Shown here piece by piece: positions 15,116-21,785 of a DNA stretch of 64,000 nucleotides (position 1 is its first letter; every line of letters starts with the position of its first letter). The notes below the pieces were generated by a model. That model worked only from the letters and a program-made list of their open reading frames with translations. It was not told where the DNA came from and made no database searches. The DNA is from a virus: the IMG/VR virus record IMGVR_UViG_3300042691_019356, positions 1 through 64,000 of that record. One strand, 5' to 3'. The translations under genes were made by a program, and so were the position numbers.

Positions 15116-16224
15116 CCCCCCACCTCCGGCAGCGGCAGGGCGGGGGCGGAGAGCCAGTGGGTGTAGAACCTTGCATTCAGCCCACTGGTGCGATCTTCCA
15201 GATTCCAACGGCCATCGGCATTGAGGCAGCTGCTAAACCAGCACCGCCCCTCCGCATCGCAGTCCTCCGGCCCCGGCAGGCGCTCTGAAACAGGGATCGG
15301 CTGCGGGGCGGGGCGGCCCCAGTGCTGCAGGAGCGCATCTATCGCCGCATCCGCAATTTCGTCAAGCCGTAAATCGCTGTCAACGATGGGATCAAAGTCA
15401 TCTTGATCCATCGTTCCGACACTCCACGCCTCCCATACACGAGTGCAGTCGTATGTGCTTGTACCAATCGCGCAAGCCACTGCGTCTTTAACCATTGTGC
15501 GGAGGCGCTCGGCCACCGGGATCGGCTGCGGGGCGTGGTGGCCGAAGTTGCGGCCAGCGTTGAATACAGCTCTTAGGCACTTGGCACGGTGCTCTTTTTC
15601 TGCTTCTGGGTTCTCTTCAAGCCATTCGTAGTAGGCGCTGGTAAATAAGAACTGAAGATCTTTTTCGCCATCATCATTGGCTAGTTCTTCTTGAGTTGGC
15701 AAATGCCCCGTTGAGTAGATTTCGTCCAGCTCCTCATCCGTCGGCCCCGCCGGCTGCTCGGCCAGGGCGGCGCGACACCCCATCAAAGCGTCGACCTGGC
15801 GGATCACATCATCGAGGGATGCACTCCAGTAGTCCTTGTGCATGGTTCTGGCTCTGGCGGCAGAATCCGGCGTGTCGGCCATAGCGACAACGCCGCAGGC
15901 AGCCAGTCGCAAACGCTCGCGCTCCAGTTCCGCCTGAAGCGCGGCTATGCGATCTTCCGCCGGCTGCTCGGCCAGGGCGGCGGCATTGAGCGCGGCAATC
16001 ACGTCCTCAATGGGCTGCATTACGCCGTCTCTCAGGATGGCCGCACCGTCCTCGCAGATGCCTTCGGTCCAGATAGGGCGCTCCACCGGCTCGGGCTCGG
16101 CCAGGGCGGCGCGGGCGCGGTCTACCAGCAAATATGCGTCGGCGATGTCGGCCTCATCGCCGTAAGCAATCCAGTCTTCAAGCTCGTCAAGCAGCTCAGC
16201 GCATAGGGCACGAAAGTCGGTCAT
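15112..16224 (-). CDS. repeat-containing protein with DUF551-like C-terminus, 370 aa
   Basis: Internal repeats ALAEQPA (three times) and APQPIPV(A/S)ERL (twice). The C-terminal ERLP...W...W pattern resembles phage DUF551. Confidence 0.6.
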   Translation of the reverse strand: MTDFRALCAELLDELEDWIAYGDEADIADAYLLVDRARAALAEPEPVERPIWTEGICEDGAAILRDGVMQPIEDVIAALNAAALAEQPAEDRIAALQAELERERLRLAACGVVAMADTPDSAARARTMHKDYWSASLDDVIRQVDALMGCRAALAEQPAGPTDEELDEIYSTGHLPTQEELANDDGEKDLQFLFTSAYYEWLEENPEAEKEHRAKCLRAVFNAGRNFGHHAPQPIPVAERLRTMVKDAVACAIGTSTYDCTRVWEAWSVGTMDQDDFDPIVDSDLRLDEIADAAIDALLQHWGRPAPQPIPVSERLPGPEDCDAEGRCWFSSCLNADGRWNLEDRTSGLNARFYTHWLSAPALPLPEVGG

Positions 16225-16244
16225 GGCGTGTCGGGGGTGGTGGG
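16221..16244 (-). repeat. 24-bp gene-junction direct repeat, copy 1
   Basis: tcatggcgtgtcgggggtggtggg is identical to 16436..16459. It encodes PTTPDTP-stop plus the next ATG. Confidence 0.9.
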
Positions 16245-16439
16245 CATCAGGCTCAGGAAATCATCCTTGAAAGCAGGCCTAACCTGGCTCTCGATAAAAA
16301 TCTTGTCGCCGAGCTGATGCGTGAATACTGGGTATCCAAGTCGCTTTTCGATTTCTTTGTGCATAGCGGAAAAGGGGCAGATCAGAACCCCTGTGTAAGC
16401 GCTGATCACAATTGCTTGGTCTAGATCAAGTGGTTTCAT
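16221..16439 (-). CDS. hypothetical protein, 72 aa
   Basis: ATG-started ORF with ATGA overlaps at both ends. The C-terminus is PTTPDTP. Confidence 0.55.
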   Translation of the reverse strand: MKPLDLDQAIVISAYTGVLICPFSAMHKEIEKRLGYPVFTHQLGDKIFIESQVRPAFKDDFLSLMPTTPDTP

Positions 16440-16459
16440 GGCGTGTCGGGGGTGGTGGG
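16436..16459 (-). repeat. 24-bp gene-junction direct repeat, copy 2
   Basis: Identical to 16221..16244. Confidence 0.9.
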
Positions 16460-16507
16460 TTCATGCTCGGCCAACAGGCGGCGGAGCAGGGTGGAGGCGG
16501 ATGTCAT
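16436..16507 (-). CDS. micro-ORF, 23 aa (MTSASTLLRRLLAEHEPTTPDTP)
   Basis: ATGA overlaps at both ends. It shares its C-terminal TTPDTP with the next gene through the 24-bp repeat. Confidence 0.35.
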   Translation of the reverse strand: MTSASTLLRRLLAEHEPTTPDTP

Positions 16508-16749
16508 GCCACCCTCCTGCCGCGATAAGGGCTGCAAGTGCCGTAGCCGTAGCCGTAGCCGTTGCCGTTGCCGTAGCCGTAGCCGTGGCCGTTGCCGTAG
16601 CCGGAGCCGTAGCCGTTGCCGTTGCCGTTGCCGTAGCTGTAGCCGTCGCCGTAGCCGGAGCCGCTGCCGTAGCCGGAGCCGGAGCCGTAGCCGTAGCCGT
16701 GGCCGTTGCCGGAGCCGTAGCCGTGGCCGTCGCCGATTGGCCCAAACAT
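16504..16749 (-). CDS. Gly/Tyr-rich low-complexity protein, 81 aa
   Basis: This is the only frame across the repeat array whose start (TGATG at 16747..16751) and stop (ATGA at 16504..16507) are coupled to its neighbours. Confidence 0.5.
   Translation of the reverse strand: MFGPIGDGHGYGSGNGHGYGYGSGSGYGSGSGYGDGYSYGNGNGNGYGSGYGNGHGYGYGNGNGYGYGYGTCSPYRGRRVA
16540..16735. repeat. imperfect hexanucleotide tandem array (GCCGTA / GCCGTT / GCCGGA units)
   Basis: Visible run of gccgtagccgtagccgttgccgttgcc... All frames on both strands stay open across it. Confidence 0.9.
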
Positions 16750-17108
16750 CAGTCCAGCCCCCAGCCATCACCCACGGGCACAGAGAAAATTTCGGCGCCA
16801 GCAGGAATTTCAACATCAGACATCGGGCGGATGTCTGCATTACTGGGGTCTTCGATTACCTTCGCGAAGCCGCAGGATTCCCAGCGGAATACCCAAACAG
16901 CGCGAGATAGGCGAATACGACCATTTTCACGAGTGACGTCACCCGCAAAGATCCAGCCGCGATCAACAACCACAACAGCACGGTTGCCGTTGGGCTGCAG
17001 AGCGGGAACGGAATCGGCGCGAACGTAGTCAACGCCGTTGATGGTGATGGTTTCAGTCATTTGGTTAGTGTGTTGTTGGTGATTGTGGAGAAGGGTGGGG
17101 TCAGCCAT
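16749..17108 (-). CDS. hypothetical protein, 119 aa
   Basis: ATG 17108 has an 8-nt overlap (ATGGCTGA). ATG 17060 is an alternative start. Confidence 0.6.
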   Translation of the reverse strand: MADPTLLHNHQQHTNQMTETITINGVDYVRADSVPALQPNGNRAVVVVDRGWIFAGDVTRENGRIRLSRAVWVFRWESCGFAKVIEDPSNADIRPMSDVEIPAGAEIFSVPVGDGWGLD

Positions 17109-17313
17109 CGGCCTGCTTCAGCTCGGCGGCGATGGCGAGGAGGTCAGCGCGGATTTCATTGTTCCGGCGTGATCCATTTGCCGGCACCACCTGATCCGCA
17201 GCGGCGTGGAGGGCGGCAGCGATGCGCTCACGACATACGCGGTCCCTCTGGATCACCTCATTGCTCGTGAACGCAGCCATGACTGCCTGCGCTGCGGGGG
17301 AGAGGTCAGCCAT
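17101..17313 (-). CDS. hypothetical protein, 70 aa
   Basis: ATG 17313 (MADLSPAAQAV...) has an 8-nt overlap (ATGGCTGA) with the 33-aa ORF. Confidence 0.55.
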   Translation of the reverse strand: MADLSPAAQAVMAAFTSNEVIQRDRVCRERIAAALHAAADQVVPANGSRRNNEIRADLLAIAAELKQADG

Positions 17314-17407
17314 GGCGCTCCACCTCCTCACGGATGATGTCGGCCCAGCCAATAGCTGCGGGGTTGCGTTGCTTAGACGTGGTACGGTGTTGTGATTGGT
17401 TTTCCAT
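17306..17407 (-). CDS. micro-ORF, 33 aa
   Basis: Translation is MENQSQHRTTSKQRNPAAIGWADIIREEVERHG. It has a TGATG overlap with 17407..17751 and an ATGGCTGA overlap downstream. Confidence 0.35.
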   Translation of the reverse strand: MENQSQHRTTSKQRNPAAIGWADIIREEVERHG

Positions 17408-17751
17408 CAGAATCCAAGGTTGTGTGCAATTCGACCAAAGAACCTGCGGAGCCTTGTAAATGCGGGACGTGGAACCCAGCCACTCAAATTGGCATCGCAC
17501 GGATACTTGGGGAAACTGCGCTGAATAACGCAATAACGGCCAGTCAACATACACTTATATGTGCGTGGATCGTCAAAGCTCTCACGAATGCAGTGGCCGC
17601 AACTATGGCAGTTCCTGATTACCTGAGAGGCTGCCGGCCTGAACTTTTCTTCAATGAAGACGACATTGCTGTTTTGTTCTGCCATTGCGTATGGAATGTA
17701 AAGGTTTGGACCTTGATTGGGCTTCAGAAGGTTGCTAATGGTTTTAATCAT
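17407..17751 (-). CDS. Cys-rich protein, 114 aa (CxxCxxC)
   Basis: ATGA overlap with thyX. It contains the CHSCGHC motif plus three more Cys residues. Confidence 0.6.
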   Translation of the reverse strand: MIKTISNLLKPNQGPNLYIPYAMAEQNSNVVFIEEKFRPAASQVIRNCHSCGHCIRESFDDPRTYKCMLTGRYCVIQRSFPKYPCDANLSGWVPRPAFTRLRRFFGRIAHNLGF

Positions 17752-18380
17752 GTTTCGGTAGTAAAAGCTGCTTCGCCAATCTCAGGGAATGTATCACGGA
17801 AAATATCCCTGCATTCTTTGGCGATTTCCCTGTGCTCAAGCTGTGTGCCTGGATCGGTCCTGAGTTGAATGTAATGAATCCAGCTCCTGAGCGTACCGTG
17901 CATATACAGCGTTGTTGGAGTAGCCAGCGGAAGAATGCGGCGAGCACATTCTTTTGCAATACCAGCTTCCAGCATTCCCTCGTACAACCTGTAGGATTCA
18001 GTAAATAAACCCCCTATTGCATCCGAGAAAAGCTCATGAAGCTCGATTGGAATATCGTCAATACTATTTTGACGATTCTTCAAATCTTGACGACGCAAGC
18101 TCAATGAAGAAGCCTGCTGAGTTACTGCATAACGTGTTGAAAACTCCTGAAACGAAAATGAACGGTGTCGGAGGATTTGCGCAGCAATATCGCGCTCTGT
18201 TTCGATCTTGACGCACAGGCTTGCCATTTCAAATGGACTCCAGTGCTTATGAGCAATCAGGTAGCGCAGCAGCCTAGGGGCTGTATCGTAATTTCCCTGA
18301 TTGGATGGATTGCTGACACGAGCCATGTCAACAATCAAGCGCTCTGCATTTGGTGTGCAGTGAACAAAAGAAACCTGCAT
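17748..18380 (-). CDS. thyX: FAD-dependent thymidylate synthase ThyX
   Basis: The ThyX signature RHRSFSFQEFSTRY (RHRxxSxxxxSxR) is present. ATG 18380 follows the stop of the upstream gene. Confidence 0.85.
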   Translation of the reverse strand: MQVSFVHCTPNAERLIVDMARVSNPSNQGNYDTAPRLLRYLIAHKHWSPFEMASLCVKIETERDIAAQILRHRSFSFQEFSTRYAVTQQASSLSLRRQDLKNRQNSIDDIPIELHELFSDAIGGLFTESYRLYEGMLEAGIAKECARRILPLATPTTLYMHGTLRSWIHYIQLRTDPGTQLEHREIAKECRDIFRDTFPEIGEAAFTTET

Positions 18381-18384
18381 GTTC

Positions 18385-18594
18385 TCAGAGTCCGAGTGTT
18401 TTTGCTTGCTCCCAAGGCATTCCAAGCATGATGGAAATTGCCTCTTGCTGACGCCAATAACGCTTTCGTGCTTCGGCGTAAGTAGGATGATCTTCCACTA
18501 CGGCGCCATCAAACATTGCACGGCGCAGGGCGCAATCAATCGGGTTCTTGTGGATTGGGTTCATCGTTGATGTCAGGATCAGGTTGAAAGCCAT
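18385..18594 (-). CDS. hypothetical protein, 69 aa (start uncertain)
   Basis: ATG 18594 or 18564. It overlaps the upstream gene. Confidence 0.45.
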   Translation of the reverse strand: MAFNLILTSTMNPIHKNPIDCALRRAMFDGAVVEDHPTYAEARKRYWRQQEAISIMLGMPWEQAKTLGL

Positions 18595-18775
18595 AGCCTA
18601 GCATTCGATCTACAACACTATTCAGCCATTCCGTAAATTGCGCTTCAACGCGTGCCATTGAGGCATCATTGATATTGTTCGGATGCCGAAGCATATAGAT
18701 CGCCAGGCCAAGCGCATTGCCCAGCCTATCCTCAAGCAATGCCTGTTTGAACGGGCCGGGCTGATCTTTTTTCAC
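18536..18775 (-). CDS. hypothetical protein, 79 aa
   Basis: GTG start with a GTGA overlap. Confidence 0.5.
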   Translation of the reverse strand: MKKDQPGPFKQALLEDRLGNALGLAIYMLRHPNNINDASMARVEAQFTEWLNSVVDRMLGYGFQPDPDINDEPNPQEPD

Positions 18776-19140
18776 TTGGCTGCCTCACGCTCAGCCCTGC
18801 GCTGTGCGATGTATTCATCGACCCGACGCTTTTGCTCCAGTCGAGCCTGACGCTTGGGATAGGGATTGCAGTCGGATGAATTATTGGCAAAAAACCAAGC
18901 CACGTACTCGATTTCGTTTTCGGGGAAGGGGCGACCCATTTCTTCCCAGTCATTCTCATGGATGCCATCAGGCGAATAAGAGCCGCCTTCATCGCCATCC
19001 CAGCCTGCGTCATAGCGAGCGGTGCTGATGCGATCTTCCTCAGCCATGGCAGCTTCGACCTTGGGAAGATGGTCGTACCAGTTGGGATGAATCTGCAGCA
19101 TGTGCAGATTGTGCTCAACAGTCGGAGAAACTTGAGTCAT
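18772..19140 (-). CDS. hypothetical protein, 122 aa
   Basis: ATG-started ORF and first gene after the promoter at 19212..19240. Confidence 0.6.
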   Translation of the reverse strand: MTQVSPTVEHNLHMLQIHPNWYDHLPKVEAAMAEEDRISTARYDAGWDGDEGGSYSPDGIHENDWEEMGRPFPENEIEYVAWFFANNSSDCNPYPKRQARLEQKRRVDEYIAQRRAEREAAK

Positions 19141-19211
19141 GCGATTTGTAATGCTGTAGTGTTTTTTACCAGTTGGCGGCGGCTAGGGCTGCAACCCTCG
19201 CCTTCCCCAGA

Positions 19212-19240
19212 ATCATACCATCAATCCTGCGTGCAAGCAA
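19212..19240 (-). promoter_or_regulatory. sigma-70-type promoter
   Basis: TTGCTT (19235..19240), 17-nt spacer, TGGTATGAT (-10 at 19212..19217). Confidence 0.5.
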
Positions 19241-19254
19241 CCCATTGACAAGGA

Positions 19255-19503
19255 TCACGAGCATCCCTGCCAGTGGGAGCCACCAGCTCGCTCACCAGTC
19301 TTCATGGCCTCATGGATCCGACGCCTGGAGACGTAGTGCCTGCGGGCAGCGGCTGCAACGGATTCATAGATCAGACCACCCTCAACGCATCGGACCCTGC
19401 GCTTTTTCGGTTTTCTATTTGTGTAATTATTCGCAATAAAAGCGGCAAGCTCCTCGTCTTCAAGCAAGATGACAAGATCCTGGTGCTTCCTGCCAGCAAT
19501 CAT
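19255..19503 (-). CDS. small DNA-binding-like protein, 82 aa
   Basis: The segment VRCVEGGLIYESVAAAARRHYVSRRRIHEAMKTG resembles NUMOD1 or sigma-region-4-type HTH modules. Confidence 0.45.
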   Translation of the reverse strand: MIAGRKHQDLVILLEDEELAAFIANNYTNRKPKKRRVRCVEGGLIYESVAAAARRHYVSRRRIHEAMKTGERAGGSHWQGCS

Positions 19504-19529
19504 TTCTGGATGCTCCCTGGCAAACTTGA

Positions 19530-19859
19530 CTATATCCTTCGCTTAACGTAGTACCAGTGATTTCTTGTATCACCAACCCTGACAACCGGCAGAAGCCCAG
19601 CATCCGACCACTTGATCAGAGTTTGCTTTGAAATATCTAAAAGTCTTCTGACATCTGTTGACCTAATCCATTGGCCAACTGCAATGCGACTAAGACCAAG
19701 CCTGCTGATCTTGTCTTGAAGTGAGCCGCGACTTCTCAGGGGAAACCCATTTTTGCCGGCCCACGAATTGTAGTTATGACAAATAAGCTGAAAGGGAACA
19801 TCACCCAGAATCTTTTCCAGGTGATCCACCTCTTCCTGGCTCCAGCGAGACAGTGGCAT
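19530..19859 (-). CDS. HTH (MerR/excisionase-like) DNA-binding protein, 109 aa
   Basis: WIRSTDVRRLLDISKQTLIKWSDAGLLP fits the excisionase-type HTH pattern. Confidence 0.5.
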   Translation of the reverse strand: MPLSRWSQEEVDHLEKILGDVPFQLICHNYNSWAGKNGFPLRSRGSLQDKISRLGLSRIAVGQWIRSTDVRRLLDISKQTLIKWSDAGLLPVVRVGDTRNHWYYVKRRI

Positions 19860-19864
19860 TGTTA

Positions 19865-20122
19865 TTATTTCAATCCAAGTGCAATAGCCTGTTCGCCCTC
19901 AATAACATGAGTTCGATCGGGATCTGCGTTTGGATAACGCTTGATCGCAAAGCGTTTAGCCTCTGCCCTTGATGCTGCTCTGATTGTTTCGTACATTGGG
20001 CGCTCGCCACTCGTGAAAACAACGCGAACAGGAAATAGCTTTGTCCCTGGTTTCGTGTTCCTAATCACTCCCTCCCACTGCCTGCTATCAGTGGTGTCGC
20101 CTCGCGTCGGTGACAGATTCAA
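19865..20122 (-). CDS. hypothetical protein, 85 aa
   Basis: TTG start directly follows the stop of the upstream 59-aa ORF (TGATTG). Confidence 0.45.
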   Translation of the reverse strand: MNLSPTRGDTTDSRQWEGVIRNTKPGTKLFPVRVVFTSGERPMYETIRAASRAEAKRFAIKRYPNADPDRTHVIEGEQAIALGLK

Positions 20123-20302
20123 TCAATCCTCCTCCGTGTTATCGGAATAAATGACTCTCCCTTTGTAGCGCGCAATCTCCTTCAGGTCAACCCAGAAGGG
20201 AGCTTCCTGATTGGGAAGATCGAGAAGCCCCTGCTTTATACCATCTTTTGTGCGCGTGTCAAGGACCCTGCAAATTCCCCAACCAGGAATCTTAAGTGTC
20301 AT
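20123..20302 (-). CDS. small hypothetical protein, 59 aa
   Basis: Hand translation gives MTLKIPGWGICRVLDTRTKDGIKQGLLDLPNQEAPFWVDLKEIARYKGRVIYSDNTEED. Confidence 0.45.
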   Translation of the reverse strand: MTLKIPGWGICRVLDTRTKDGIKQGLLDLPNQEAPFWVDLKEIARYKGRVIYSDNTEED

Positions 20303-20330
20303 TTCCTAACATGCGACGCAGGTAAGTCTA

Positions 20331-20765
20331 TCAAGCAATGTCAGACAGATCGGGTGGCTGATAATTTGGGCCTTTCATGACCTTGCCCTTCTCGTTATAG
20401 ATCGGCTTCCCATTTTCGTCAAGCTTGCTCATATTTGACGTGAACACTCGATCCATCGCTTCGTCAAGATTCATGCCAAGATAGGCAGCAAGCTGGTAAA
20501 TGACAAAAACACTATCTGCCATCTCCTTCAATAGCTCTTGCCTTGCTTTCTTGATCTCCTCAACCGTTGCATTGTCGTAATCAGTATGCTGAACGATTGT
20601 TTCAATTAGATCCCAGGCAGCACCATGTAACTCGCCAAACTCCTCGTCAATCAATGAAAGTTGAAATTCAACCTTTGGGCAATTCGGGATTTGTTCACGA
20701 GATTCGGATACCGGATGACCAAATGCAATGCGCCAATCAATCGCTTGCTGAATAAGACGTGACAT
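20331..20765 (-). CDS. mazG: MazG-like nucleotide pyrophosphohydrolase
   Basis: The EExxE...D metal-binding pattern is present (LIDEEFGEL and EMADSVFVIYQLA). A C-terminal GKP...GKVMKGPNYQPPDL follows. Confidence 0.7.
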   Translation of the reverse strand: MSRLIQQAIDWRIAFGHPVSESREQIPNCPKVEFQLSLIDEEFGELHGAAWDLIETIVQHTDYDNATVEEIKKARQELLKEMADSVFVIYQLAAYLGMNLDEAMDRVFTSNMSKLDENGKPIYNEKGKVMKGPNYQPPDLSDIA

Positions 20766-20770
20766 CGTAG

Positions 20771-20799
20771 ATAAAAGAAAAGCCCCGTTTTACCGGGGC
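20771..20799 (-). terminator. Rho-independent terminator
   Basis: Minus strand reads GCCCCG-GTAAAA-CGGGGC followed by TTTTCTTTTAT, about 10 nt before the mazG ATG. Confidence 0.7.
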
Positions 20800-20820
20800 G
20801 GTTGAAGTTGTGATGATGGA

Positions 20821-21291
20821 TCAAAGATCCAGGTCGTCCTGCTCGGCGTCCTCTTCACCTTCGGCGGGGACGTAAGCGATGATGGTGATCTTGCCTTCAA
20901 CAGCATCGACACGCACCTTGCTGCCAGGGGCAAAGGCAGCAACAGAGCTGTAGCGGTTGCCGACCACAATGTTGCCGTTGCCGCCAACAGTCACCACGGG
21001 AGCGCGGTTGGTGCGACGGGAGTAGGCGCGGGTCGGGGGCGCAAACTCAACGCCCGACTGAGCCTTGAGCATGGCAGCCATGAAGTCACTGGTCAGGGTG
21101 ACGGTGCGGCTTTCACCAGTTTCACGATTGGTGGTTTCGCGCCAGTAACCACATTCCTTGGCAACCTCGTCAATGGGCTTGCCGGCCATGGAAGCGCTCT
21201 TTTCGAGCAGTGCCTTGCCTTGAAGTTGCTCGCCCTTGACGATGATGTTCTTGGTTTCCTTGGTTTCGGGGGCGGCGGGAGCTTGAGTCAC
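20821..21291 (-). CDS. cyAbrB-like transcriptional regulator (C-terminal AbrB/SpoVT domain), about 156 aa
   Basis: GKALLEKS...EVAKECGYW...FMAAMLKAQG followed by VTVGGNGNIVVGNRYSSVAAFAPGSKVRVDAVEGKITI matches the cyanobacterial AbrB-like layout. A GTG start at 21291 is proposed. The track start (a TTG) overlaps rusA. Confidence 0.5.
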   Translation of the reverse strand: MTQAPAAPETKETKNIIVKGEQLQGKALLEKSASMAGKPIDEVAKECGYWRETTNRETGESRTVTLTSDFMAAMLKAQSGVEFAPPTRAYSRRTNRAPVVTVGGNGNIVVGNRYSSVAAFAPGSKVRVDAVEGKITIIAYVPAEGEEDAEQDDLDL

Positions 21292-21434
21292 GGTTTCGGT
21301 TTCGGTTTGGGATGGGACTTGGACTTGAGACTCGCTGGGCGAGGTCTCGGTTCTACGTCGTGGCACCTTGCGGTTCGCGTATCGACCAGCCAATGGTAGC
21401 ACCACGATCGGGAACGTGCAAGCATCCGAACGGA

Positions 21435-21785
21435 CTATTTCTGTGGTGGCCACCAGGGACGCAGATAAAGGAATGTCACAGGCTCTGGAGACGGCTGCCA
21501 GTAGCTGATGTGCAGGGGCAGGCGCGAGCAACGGTCATCGCGCATCACGCCAGCTTTCACGGCAGCGTCAAGCACAGCACCTTCCAGGTTGTCAACGTCT
21601 GATCTTGCATGTCCGTGGAACTCGATCGAGAACAAGGCGTGTTCCAGGGGCTCCCTGCCTCCCCACTGGTCCGCCAGAGACTCCCTGGCGTCACTCAGCC
21701 ACTGGCGGTAGCGAGGAGAGGTGAAGCTCCTCCCACGACCCTGCCTGGGCCTCTCCTTCGGCTGCAGTGGAAGCCCAAGGCGCAA
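21435..21785 (-). CDS. rusA: RusA-like Holliday junction resolvase
   Basis: The motif ARSDVDNLEGAVLDAAVKAGVMRDDRC matches the RusA pattern D-DN..K..D......DD. The N-terminus reads LPLQPKERPR. The start is TTG 21785 or ATG 21854. Confidence 0.65.
   Translation of the reverse strand: MRLGLPLQPKERPRQGRGRSFTSPRYRQWLSDARESLADQWGGREPLEHALFSIEFHGHARSDVDNLEGAVLDAAVKAGVMRDDRCSRLPLHISYWQPSPEPVTFLYLRPWWPPQK

Noticed and set aside
16540-16735. Possible CRISPR array or minisatellite of regulatory function.
   Set aside because: The period is 6 nt with no spacers and no repeat of 25-40 nt, and the array lies inside a coupled ORF.
16436-17028. Track ORFs 16436..16840 (RLRLRQ repeats), 16438..17028 and 16443..16910 (plus strand, AVAV/RSRS repeats) and 16461..16745 (ATATA repeats).
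   Set aside because: These are alternative readings of the hexanucleotide array. They have no coupling to neighbouring genes. Only the last 23 codons of the 16436..16840 frame are kept, as a micro-ORF.
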